Below the pieces are notes generated by a model, which searched no databases, was not told the DNA's origin, and was given only the letters and a program-made list of their open reading frames with translations. Source: Squalus acanthias (lineage: Eukaryota). From it: a DNA stretch of 64,000 nt. The stretch spans positions 63,366,001 to 63,430,000 of the forward strand of contig CM059432.1 of NCBI GenBank assembly GCA_030390025.1, written 5' to 3'. Positions 37,520 to 48,070 of this stretch are shown piece by piece; within the stretch, counting starts at the first letter, position 1, and the number at the start of each line of letters is the position of its first letter. The position numbers were made by a program, and so were the translations under genes.

Positions 37520-38945
37520 AGAATTATAGAATCATACAGCACATAAGGAGATGATTCGGCCCATCATGCCTTTGTCAGCTCTTTGAAAGAGCTATCTAAT
37601 TACTCCTACCCCCCTGCTCTTTCCTCATAGCCCTGCAAATGTTTCCACTTCAAGAATTTATCCAATTCCCTTTTGAAAGTTATTATTGAATGTGCTTCAA
37701 CTACCCTTTCAGGCAGTGCATTCAAGATCATAACAACTCACTGCATAAATATTTTTTTTCCTCATGTTGCCTCTGGTTCTTTTGTCAATTACCTTAAATC
37801 TGTGTCCTCTGGTTACTGACCCCACTGCCACTGGAAATTAGTTTCTCCTTATTTACTCTATCAAAACCCTTCATCATGTATTGAACACCTCTATCAAATC
37901 TCCCGTTAACCTTATCTGCTCTGAGGAGAACGATACCAGCTTCTCCAGTCTCTCCATATAACTGATGTCCCTCATCCCTGGTACCATTCTAGTAAATCTC
38001 CTTTGCATCCTTTCAAAGGCCTTGACATCCTTCCTAAAATGTGGTGCCCAGAATTGAACACAATACTACAGCTGAGGCTTAACCAGTGATTTATAAAGGT
38101 TTAGCATGACTTCCTTGCTTTTGCCTCTATTTATAAAGCCAAGGATCCCATGTGCTTTTTTAACAGCCATATTAACTTGTCCTGCCACCTTCAAAGATTT
38201 GTGTACGTAAACCCCCAGCTCTCTCTGTTCCTGAACCCACTTTAAAATTCTACTAAATAACAACAGAAAACGCTGGAAAAACTCAGCAGGCCAGGCAGCA
38301 TCCATGGAGAGAGAAACAGAGTTAACGTTTCAGGTCGAAGACCTTTCGTCAAAACTGGAAAAAAAGCAAGAAATGAAATAGATTTAAAACAAGTATAAAG
38401 CTGGGTAATGGGGGAGGGGATGAAAGAACAAAAGAAGAGATTAAGAGACATTGAGAGACATTAAGAGATGATCAAGGCAAGAGGAGGTGTTGATGTAACA
38501 GGTTGAGGCTAGATGAAGTGTGAAATGCACTGGCAGAATGAAGGACAGCTGCCAGCTTCTGGGAGGGAAAAAAAAGGGGGGGGGGCCAAACAAAAGGGTG
38601 GATGAAAAAATAAAATATAAATGTGATAGGGGCCGAGGTTATGATCTAAAATTGTTGAACTCGATGTTGAGTCCAGAAGGCTGTAGGGTGCCTAAACGAA
38701 AGATGAGGTGCTGTTCCTCGAGCTTACGCTGCGCTTCCGTGGAACAATGCAAGAGGCCGAGGACGGTGAGGTCTGAGTGGGAGCGGAGAATTAAAGTGAC
38801 AGGCCACCGGGAGCTCGGGGTCCCCCTCACGGACTGAACGGAGGTGTTCCGCAAAGCAGTCACCCAATCTGCGTTTTAAAATTCTACTACTTTGTTTATA
38901 TTGCCTCTCCTCATTTTTCCTTCCAAAATACATCACATTACTCCT
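37520..38945 (-). mobile_element. CR1 3' part interrupted by a Penelope fragment
   Basis: LGVYVHKSLKVAGQV..GILGFINRG..LYKSLVKPQL; resumes after 38890. Confidence 0.82.
38256..38874 (-). mobile_element. Penelope-like element 3' fragment (GIY-YIG endonuclease C-terminus and terminal repeat)
   Basis: RRLGDCFAEHLRSV..PVACHFN..RKLEEQHLIFRLGTLQPSGLN; 15-bp TSD TTTAAAATTCTACTA at 38241-38255 and 38875-38889. Confidence 0.88.
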
Positions 38946-39254
38946 ATGCTGCAGCCTCATGAACCTAGCCTCCCTCCATTGGTCATGTTTTTTCTGTGCC
39001 CTGTCTAAAATGAAGAGGGGCGAATGGAAACTCCTTATCAAATGGCACAATGGAAGATGGTAAAGTAGATGGCAACAGCAAAAAAAAAAATCAGAAACAC
39101 AGTAATAAGGTTTTAACAGTATCTTCAAATGTATAAGCTTGTCCCTTTAAACATATTTCCACTTCTAGGTAGTGCCCAGCAGACCCTGGACCTATTTTAT
39201 ACTCATGTTATGATTCAGCACAAATAGCAGAAAATGGGACGTATGACATAAATG

Positions 39255-40685
39255 CAACACCAACAGCTTGCATTTATATAATGTAGTAAACCGTTCCAAG
39301 GCACTTCACAGGAGCATTATCGAACAAAATTTGGCACCGAGTCACATAAATTAGATGTTAGGACAGATGACCAAAAGCTTGGTCAAAGAGTAGGTTTTAA
39401 GGAGCGTCTTAAAAGAGAGGCAGAGAGGTGGAAAGGTTTAGGCCAATGGTGGAAGGATTAAAATTGGGGCTGCGCATGAGGCCAGAGTTGGAGGAGCGCA
39501 GAGATCTCGGAAGGTGTTGGGCTGGAGGAGGTTACAGAGATAGGGAGGGGCGAGGCCACGGAGGGATTTGGACACAAGAATTAAAATTTTTAAATCAAGA
39601 CATTGCTGGAAGGGGACCCAATGTAGGTCAGCAAGCACAGGAGTGATGGGTGAATGGGACTTAGTGCGAATTAGGATACGGACAGTAGAGTTTTGGATGA
39701 GCTCAAGTTACAGAGGGTACAAGGTTTGAGGCCGGCCAGGAGACATTGGCCCAGAAATTTGACTCGGAGGCTTGCCGCGGGGGTAAGGATCGCGCGCGAT
39801 ATCACACTCCGCGCCGGCCGTTGCGTTTTGGGCCCACAGGAACTTCGGGTCCTGGGCCTCTCCCTAGTGCCGACGCGCAGTGTGTGCGTGTCCCAGGGGC
39901 GCAGTTAGTGCGATGCGACCTCTGGGATCACGTGGGCCATGGAGAGCCAATGGCAGCAGACTATCTTTCATTCATAGATTTGACAGGAGACTTGTCAAAT
40001 CTGTGAATTGAAAGAGACCCCAAAAGAACAGCTAAACCTCAAATAATTTTTTTAAAAAACCCATCACATTAATAAAATAACTATAGTTAAATAAATTAAC
40101 CACTTTAAACAAAAATTTAAATTTTTGAAAAAATTTAAATTTTTTAAAAAAGTTATAAAAATAAACTTACCATTCTTTAAAGTCTCTAAAAAAGATAAAC
40201 CTGTTGAAAAAAATTAAAAATTATACTTAATTAACTACTTACCTTGTTCAAAAGGGGTCTTACGCCTCCTTTTTACATGTGTATAATCTTCCATACTTAC
40301 CCTCGTGTTGAAACCTGAAAAAAAAGCCTGTAGTGCGCACGCGGTTCACTTAGGAACCGCCCCCTTCACCATACCGGAAGTGCCGGTTTCCCGCGCATGT
40401 GCAGTGCATGCAGGAAACCGGCACTTCGGGAATGAATACGGGTGAGTACAGAGCGCGTACTCACCCGGGAAGGGCCGAATTTTTGGGCCTTTGTGTCTAG
40501 AGGTAAAAAGGCATGGATGAGGATTGCAGCAGCAGATGAGCTGAGGCAGGGACAGAGGCAGGTGATTTTATGGAGGTGGAAGTAGATGGTCTTGGTGATG
40601 GAGAGGATATGAGGTTGAAAGCTCACCTAAGGGTCAAATAGGTCACCAAGGTTGCGAACGGTCTGGTTTAGCCTCAGACACTGCT
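39255..40685 (-). mobile_element. L2 LINE 3' part split by a MITE
   Basis: LADLHWVP..LILVSKSLRGLAPPYL motif; colinear with 50355-51070. Confidence 0.85.
39748..40489 (+). mobile_element. Harbinger-type MITE, family A, complete copy
   Basis: TIRs GGCCCAGAAATTT / GAATTTTTGGGCC; homologous to 1-727. Confidence 0.85.
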
Positions 40686-41499
40686 TTCCCCAAATATTGC
40701 TACTGGAACTGACAGTAAAAAGGAGGTGGGAGTCCAGTGTAACAGATGCCCACCCAAATGAAAGGTCATCGACCTGAAAGGCTAACTCTCTCTCTCCATG
40801 GATGCTGCCTGACCTGCTGAGTGTTACCAGCATTTTCTGGGTTTTTTAATTTTAGATTTCCAGCATCCACAGTATTTTGCTTTTGTAACAGATCCTCAAC
40901 TCGTTTCCTACCACTGCCTGCCTATTTAGCCCTACAAAACCGGGTACCTACTGTGGCAAAAACTCTTGGCCAAATTGTCACTTTTGCGAGTCATAATTGG
41001 CACTAACATTTAACAGCTCTGGAATTAATAATTTATTAAATTTTTCATTTTGAAGCTTCACTGGGCCAATTATTACATCTTCGGTCTGAAAAGAGCCGCC
41101 GAACCGATGTAAACATCAGCTGACGGTATATTGCAGTCTGGTCCGTCACCTTGCATCAGATCATCCTGACACGATCCGCCCTCCCTCTTGTTACTAACCG
41201 CACTTTGCGCTGCGCATATCTTACAGAAGCGGGGCTGATATTTCCTCACAGTTTATTCTTACTGCGGCTTTCTTACTCGGGGGGTGGGGGGTGGTGTTTG
41301 GTTTCCAGAGGCATAGCCAAAAGCTAAATTTGAAAATAACGAGTGGGACAATGAAGGAGCCGATGACTGAACAAACTGCTGTTGTGATTCACTCGCAGTG
41401 CCCCCGCTGACTCGGACTCTGCGCTCATTGGACTTTGGTGCTTGGCTGGAGTCCCGCATCCTGCTATTTCTGGTCTGAACTGGTTGTTTCCGTGTGCTT

Positions 41500-41710
41500 C
41501 CAGTTGGCTGTGACTCAGCGCAGTCAACGTGCCACACAGCACACAGCCCAGTGCAGAGAGGCTGCTGAGCATCAGCCGCTATAAAAGCCGGCTCCACAAT
41601 AGCGAGGCAGTCAGTCGCTGCTCAGTGTGAGGACACTTTCTGCTCAAAGACGGTGCCGCACAGTGGCATTAATCCGGTGACCCTCCTCTCCACTCTGTGT
41701 CCCGACAAGG
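41500..41710 (+). promoter_or_regulatory. ppdpfl core promoter and non-coding exon 1
   Basis: TATAAAA at 41580-41586, Inr-like TCAGT about 30 nt downstream (41611), donor AGG|gtaagc at 41710/41711. TGACTCAGC at 41511-41519. Confidence 0.75.
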
Positions 41711-41948
41711 GTAAGCACAACCGTTATCACTTCAATCCTGGGTTTTGTTTGCTGCCATCTCTTTGATGGCACATGTTTGTTTGAGTTGTCAGTTGAGTCT
41801 GTGCGTTTCAGCAGTAGTTTTGGAATATGTTTTAGTGGACGTTTTAAAAAAAAATAAAACTTGGTTTGATTTTTGTTTTGTTTTCAGGATCAGACCACTC
41901 GAGTGACCAGGGGAATCGTCCAGGTCCAGCCCTCCTCCTCCTATCGCC

Positions 41949-42006
41949 ATGGCATCCGTTCCTTCAGCTGGCTGCCTGCTTGCAGCACGGAATCCGTATT
42001 ATAGAA
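41949..42006 (+). CDS. ppdpfl: PPDPF-like protein, first coding exon (exon 2 = 41888-42006)
   Basis: Acceptor ttttcag|G at 41888; strong Kozak context gccATGG; MASVPSAGCLLAARNPYYR matches the PPDPF/C8orf22 N-terminus as I recall it (MASVPSIGCLLARNQYYR); donor A|gtaagt. Confidence 0.9.
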
Positions 42007-42157
42007 GTAAGTGTTCAAAAAAAACCCACAGCAATTAGTATTAAGTTTGCGAACGGGCATTCAGAATTACCAAACCTGGCCACTGATTTATTTAAAATCA
42101 ATTTTCTTGTAAGCTTGGATGAATTTGCTCCATTTCATCGCTGGCTACTCCACACCA

Positions 42158-42254
42158 TTGAGAGGTCGCACAACACCAGGTTATAGTCCAACAGTTTTAT
42201 TTGAAATCACAAGCTTTCGGAGCTATCGATTGCTCCTTCCTCAGGTGAAGTATA
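42158..42254 (-). mobile_element. Short Penelope-type terminal-repeat insertion carrying a hammerhead core
   Basis: 12-bp TSD TACTCCACACCA (42146-42157, 42255-42266); minus strand reads TCAC-CTGAGGA-A-GGAGC..GCTCC-GAA-AGCT-T-GTGA. Confidence 0.8.
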
Positions 42255-42506
42255 TACTCCACACCAAGCAGAGCTGAATGTTAGTTTTTCTTCTGGTATG
42301 GGAACTTTAACCAAGAGCTGATCAAGTTTCATTTTACTGAAAGCAAAAAGGTGCTACCGAAAAGCATTACAGACTTTTTGGGAGGTGTTTTTCTACCTGT
42401 TACAGGAATGAGATTACTATACTTTAAACATATATGTTAAAACCCTGCAACTATATTGTGAGAAGTCGCACAATACCAGGTTATAGTCCAACAGTTTTAT
42501 TTGAAA

Positions 42507-42543
42507 TCACAAGCTTTCGGAGCGCTGCTCCTTCGTCAGGTGA
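42507..42543 (-). ncRNA. Minimal type I hammerhead ribozyme motif (mirror copy)
   Basis: Same architecture on the minus strand with core CUGACGA. Confidence 0.72.
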
Positions 42544-42545
42544 CT

Positions 42546-42582
42546 TCACCTGATGAAGGAGCAGCGCTCCGAAAGCTTGTGA
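42546..42582 (+). ncRNA. Minimal type I hammerhead ribozyme motif
   Basis: Stem I UCAC/GUGA, core CUGAUGA, stem II GGAGC-agc-GCUCC, GAA, palindromic stem III AGCU; predicted cleavage after 42578. Confidence 0.75.
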
Positions 42583-43064
42583 TTTCAAATAAAACTGTTG
42601 GACTATAACCTGGTGTTGTGCGACTTCTCACATTTGTCCACCCCAGTCCAACACCGGCATCTCCACATCACAACTATATTGTAGCACTGAACTTTCCACC
42701 ATATTTAGTTATCACCTGTCCAGTGTTTTGAGAAATTCTAAATTGTAAACCAGACAAGTCATTTTTTTTTCACTTTTGTGGAATTGTACCATTAATTTGG
42801 AAGAAAGTGGAATTCCTCTCGGCATCCTGTGACTAGCCAGAGACTGCAGCAAGCTTGAAATTTGTGTTGATTTGCTACAATTTTTTTCATACTTCGAGTG
42901 TACTCTTAAGAGATCGCAGGCACAAAATCTGCCAAGACGGTTTTGGGCTTGGCAAAAGGTGGTAACCCTAACCAGACCAGAATATCAAAACGGTGTCCTT
43001 CAGTCTGGGAGCTGAGCCTGACTCCGAGCCCCCGAATGTGGAGGTGTGATGCCAGTTTAAAAAA

Positions 43065-43580
43065 AGAACATAAGAAATAGGAGCAGGAGAAGGCCATTTG
43101 GCCCCTCGAGCCTGCTCTGCCGTTCAGTAAGATCATGGCTGATCTTCTACCTCAACTCCACTTTCCTGCACTATCCCCATATCCCTTGATTCCCTTAATA
43201 TCCAAAAATCTATCGATCTCTGTCTTGAAAATACTCAATGACTGAGCCTCCACAGCCCTCTGGGGTAGAGAATTCCAAAGATTCACCACCCTCTGAGTGA
43301 AGAAATTTCTCCTCATCTCAAATGTCCGACCCCTTATTCTGAGACTGTGACCCCTGTTTCTAGACTCCCCAGCCAGGGGAAACATCCTCCCTGCATCTAC
43401 CCTGTCAAGCCCTGTAAGAATTTTGTATGTTTCAAGGAGATCACCTCTCATTCTTCTAAGCTCTAGAGAATATAGGCCTAGTCTTCTCAATCTCTCCTCA
43501 TAGGACAATCCCCCCATCCCAGGAATCAGTCTGGTGAACCTTAGTTGCACTCCCGCTATGGCAAGTATATCCTTCCTTAG
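43065..43580 (-). mobile_element. CR1 3' end in ppdpfl intron 2
   Basis: LSYEERLRRLGLYSLELRRMRGDL...RVVNLWNSLP plus the CR1 3' UTR. Confidence 0.9.
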
Positions 43581-44151
43581 GAAAAGAGTGCATATTTTTA
43601 GCTTTTATTTCCCCCTCATTGAATTAAAGTATTAAGATTCAAATGTGGTCTTCAGGTTTATGTTTATGAATCCCAAAGTGGTAATGCTTGAAATCTGGAA
43701 TTTAATTTTGTGGATTGATAATGGTGTTGATTTGATGTATTCCAGTGCTCCTCCTACCGCTGCAGTTGCTAGCTCTATCCGCTGCCCATTGGTAGCTCTA
43801 CAGTTATACAGTGCTGCTTTTTATTTACCTTGCTGCGAGTGAACATTGAGAAATGCTGTAGGGAAATATTGCAGGCCCTTAGAAATAGAATAGTTTCAGA
43901 ACATGGTGGAGACTGGGATAGCCCTACATGGCCAATAACATTCCTTCACCTACTCTTATTAATGAGTGGGAGCAGTGAAATATATTTTAATATATGGGGG
44001 AAAATTGGGAACCGGGAGTTTTGAGCATGAGATCTGACAGATTTGGGTATAGTGGATATAATATTTATAAGACTTATACTTCAGCAATGAATCTTAGTTA
44101 GGTTTCTGGAAATTTGAAGTTGTATCTTATCATTTTTCTATTTCTTTCCAG

Positions 44152-44235
44152 CCCGACTTAATTCCACATCAGGTGTGGCCCCCAATGGTTCATGCTGTTT
44201 GGAGAATGCCATGGAGCATGAAAAACCCCATCAAG
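44152..44235 (+). CDS. ppdpfl: PPDPF-like protein, exon 3
   Basis: Acceptor tttctttccag|, 84 nt, phase 1 to 1, TRLNSTSGVAPNGSCCLENAMEHEKPHQG (compare family motifs RLGSTS and DKPQQG); donor G|gtaata. Confidence 0.87.
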
Positions 44236-44319
44236 GTAATAATGAAAGCTATTAAAACTGAATTGTGACTATTTCCTATTCTTTTCTAGTTCATAATTTG
44301 TTTTACTTTCTGTGCTCAG

Positions 44320-44416
44320 GATTTCTTCTTACATTGGAGAAATGTTGGTGGTTAAAGAACTTTCTGACCTGTGAAGCTGCTCATCACCCTATTAATACTG
44401 ATATATCTGCGGGAAG
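44320..44416 (+). CDS. ppdpfl: PPDPF-like protein, exon 4 (WW motif)
   Basis: Acceptor tgtgctcag|, GFLLTLEKCWWLKNFLTCEAAHHPINTDISAG with the family WWxxxF motif; donor AG|gtaagg. Confidence 0.87.
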
Positions 44417-44451
44417 GTAAGGAGTCCTTCATAAACTATGAAGAACCTTCT

Positions 44452-44569
44452 GAGGGTAATTTTGACTTTGGGCGATGGTGTAAAATGGGCGATAACAGGA
44501 TATATTTAAATTGGGAGAGATGTATAATGAGTGGCTGATCGATATCGCCCAAAAGTCAAAATTACCCTC
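44452..44569. mobile_element. 118-bp miniature inverted-repeat element
   Basis: About 25-bp TIRs GAGGGTAATTTTGACTTTGGGCGAT / ATCGCCCAAAAGTCAAAATTACCCTC. Confidence 0.75.
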
Positions 44570-44591
44570 TTTGTTTTACTGCAGGAAATTT

Positions 44592-45100
44592 AAGAACATA
44601 GAACATAAGCACATAAGACGTAGGAGTAGGTCATTTGGCCCCTCGAGCCTGCTCCGCCATTCAATAAGATCATGGCTGATCTGATCTTGGCCTCAACTTC
44701 ACTTTCCTGCCCGCTCCCCATAACCCTTGACTCCCTTATCATTCAAAAATCTGTCTATCTCCACCTTAAATATATTCAATGACCCAGCCTCCGCAGCTCT
44801 CTGGGGAAGAGAATTCCAAAGACTCACGACCCTCAGAGAAGAAATTCCTCCTCATTTCCGTTTTAAATGGGTGCCCCCTTATTCTGAAATTATGCCCCCT
44901 AGTTCTAGATTCCCCCATGAGGGGAAACATCCTTTCTGCGTCTACCCTGTCAAGCCCCTTCAGAATCTTATATATTTCAATAAGATCCCCTCTCATTCTT
45001 CTAAACTCCAATGAGTATGGGCCCAACCTGCTCAACCTTTCTTCATAAGACAACCCCTTCATCTCCGGAATCAACCTCGTGAACCTTCTCTGAACTGCAC
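44592..45100 (-). mobile_element. CR1 3' end in ppdpfl intron 4
   Basis: QRRFTRLIPEMKGLSYEERL..RRMRGDLIEIYKI; tandem repeat tail aagaacatagaacataag. Confidence 0.9.
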
Positions 45101-45414
45101 ACAAACGGCGTTTGATCTCTTCAGAAGGGGTTTTCAAAGCCTTTTCCAGATAACTAAGAGTCTGAGAACCTAAGTAAATATAATATAACTGACATTTCTA
45201 TATGTAAACAAGGGGAAGGAATTTCTTTGGTGCAGGAGCAGTTGCAAGAAAATTCGCCCCCAAATTTCTTGCCCCCCTCAATATTTCCTCATTGTTATAC
45301 TAGGGAATATCTTAAATAGAGTGATCATTAATGAGGGGTTGATATTGTATTATTGATCTCAACAAAATGAATAAACTTTTTAAGAGATTGAACTGTTTCT
45401 TTTTTTTTAAACAG

Positions 45415-45427
45415 TGGTCATCGTTGA
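45415..45427 (+). CDS. ppdpfl: PPDPF-like protein, probable terminal coding exon
   Basis: Long polypyrimidine tract ending aaacag|T GGT CAT CGT TGA, giving ...SGHR-stop in the required phase 2. Total CDS 252 nt (83 aa). AT-rich UTR-like sequence follows. Confidence 0.65.
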
Positions 45428-47244
45428 TCAAGGGTGATTCTTGGACATTTGGTTTCTGTGGATTAGATTTTAGTCTACAGTATTTGGCAGTATGTTGCTA
45501 CTGGCTCAGGGAATTGGTTGGATTTTACAGTGGCCGAGCTTTGAACTGCCAAGAAATAACTGACGGCCATCTCGAGAAGCAAGTGATGTTTTCATCAACA
45601 GTGTTGCTATTTAATCATTCTTCAACAGACCAAGGTGATTTACCAAGAAGCACATTGATAATCTCTAAAACATGAGTGTTTAGATTTAGAGAGTTAGGGA
45701 AAACTAATTTCAAAAACTGACGGGTTTGTGGTGTTTTTGATTTAAATGAAATGTTTTCAATATTTGGCTCAATTCAGGATAACTCTTTTATAGTGTAGAA
45801 ACAAATGTTGACCTGATTAAGGCACTCTATCTAGCAGTGTACTAACAGCATCTTTCACATTATTTGGATTGGATAATTATACATCTTCATTTGTTTTCTA
45901 TGTACTGTTCATGTATTAAGCCTGTTCTTGAGTTGCCTAGTAAGTGGCACGCTTCTAGTAAGTGGCATGCTTCTGAGTGAGGGTGACCACAGTTCATCAT
46001 GTTTAAGAAAACCTTTTTGTTTTACCATGCGGTGGGCACATAGAGCAGAACTGAATTTGTTTGAAATATTGTAATAATTATTACATTATTTTTGTGCCGC
46101 AAGTAACTAAGAGGATACAATTCTTTCTGTTAATTTTAGTGAAAAAGTTGGTATGAGTGCAAAATGAGAAATTCTATTTTGTACATGCGTTTTCAATGAG
46201 AATAATTTCACCTCCTAAGATGCTTACTTTCTTGTATATTGATGCACTAAATTTCAAAATTCAGTACGTGAAAGTCTGAACAAAACTGTTTGTCTTTTTG
46301 TACATGATTTTCTTCCCTATTGAAGATTAGACCTGTGTATTTTAATTATCCATTGGGGCTAACTTTCAACTTTGGTGGGAGCAGAAAACTAGTGGTATTG
46401 AAGTGAATGGAACAGAAAATCGATTGGGATGTATAACGGACGGCCGATCCGATACTGCTTGTTTTATGCCCCCACTTTCCGAGAATATAAGAACTACAGC
46501 CTGTGCTGGAGATACATTTATGGGAAAAATCTACAGCTTTAGTGCTCCCAGCACAGAGCTTCAAAATAGGTTTGCATCCAATTAATAGAAGGAAAACCTG
46601 TGGATGGCAGGCTGATCCCTGCTCCTGAATTCGTGACATGTACCCCAGCGTGGCAACCTCTGCATCGGGAGCACTAAATCATGAAATTTACTTGGTGGTG
46701 CTACTCTACTGAAATCATTGTGGAACATTTTATACTTTTTTAATAATAAATGGGACTTTTTACAAACTTCTGTGGCTCAAACGTCTTATTGTTACCCAAA
46801 TGGGACTAGAGAAGGTAGCTTCAGTCGAAAAGCCAGCATCGGCACAGGTGCAGTGGGGTGATTGGCCTCTTTTTGTGCTGTAATTTCTATGATTCTATTT
46901 CAGAGGCCTGGCATAGAATCATAAAATGTTACAACACATTCAGCCCATTAAGTCTGCATTGGTGTTTTTCTTCACATTATCCACCTAATCTAATTCTACT
47001 CCTCACTCCCCATAACTTTCTAATATTCATCTTTTTCCACTAACTTTCTAATTCCCACTTAAAAACAATTTATGGACTCTGCTTCAGCATGTGCGTTTGT
47101 GTGTTCACATATACAGCTTTGGTTCAGTTACTTCTTAGTATGTTAGTTGTGTGCTTCTAGATGACTACCAATTTTAGGGAGGAACTTCGGTGCCAAAAAA
47201 TACAAATAATTGGGATTACCTTGTACTCTAATCAGTTAAATTAC

Positions 47245-47575
47245 AACAATAACAACATATTGCATTTATATAATGCCTTTAGTGAAACATTCCAAGGTGC
47301 TTCACAGGAGTTTTATTAAACAAAATTTGACATTGAGCCTCAAGGAGATGTTTGGACAGGTGACCAAAAGCTTGATCAAAGAGGTTTTAAGGAGTGTCTT
47401 AAAGGAGAATAGTGAGGCAGAGGTTTAGGGAGAGAATTCCAAATCTTAGGCCCTTGGCAGCTGAAGGCAGGCCCACTAATGGTGGAGCAATGAAAATGGG
47501 GAATACGCGAGAGGCCAGAATTGGAGGAGCACAGAGATCTCGGAAGGTTGGAGGAGGTTACAAAGATAGGGAGGC
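47245..47575 (-). mobile_element. L2 3' end fragment
   Basis: Matches the L2 tails starting at 39255 and 50355. Confidence 0.8.
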
Positions 47576-48070
47576 CTGATTGATGGAATACTGTAACAAG
47601 TAAGAGTACAATAATTTATTTGAATGGATTGAAGGAAAATGTTAATTTAGTGACAAAGGTAACATCTTTAAAAGAATAATGTGGACATGCAGGCCAGGTA
47701 CATCACCAAGATTAGAAAGCTCAGACTAAACAAATGTCACACTAAAACAATTAATAAACAAATTAAAATGTGAACTAAAGAGGAAAATGACCTCATTAAA
47801 TATTACAAGGAGAAAACTGAAGGAGCTCAATGGGAGGAAAGTAAGATCACACAAACACGTTAAAAGGGTGATCAGAAGGGCTGAGAGACCTAGGAAAAGC
47901 ACAGCTGCAAAAGGAAAATTTAACAGTAAAAATTCTTCCAGTACTACAACAGCAAAAGGAGTGTCAGGGAAGAGGTGAGAATATTGAAAGATGCAACAGC
48001 TTGAAACTGAGGCTGAGTAACATACATATAAAAAAATCCTGAATTATTACTTCCTCCATTAAGGGATATA

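Larger units (their letters stand above)
42460..42670. mobile_element. Palindromic Penelope-type terminal-repeat insertion
   Basis: 12-bp TSD CAACTATATTGT (42448-42459, 42671-42682); 87-bp inverted arms 42457-42543 and 42546-42632 with two mismatches. Confidence 0.85.

Noticed and set aside
41866..42186. 106-aa ORF overlapping ppdpfl exon 2
   Set aside because: Wrong frame, non-ATG start and runs through splice sites; the spliced frame matches a known family.
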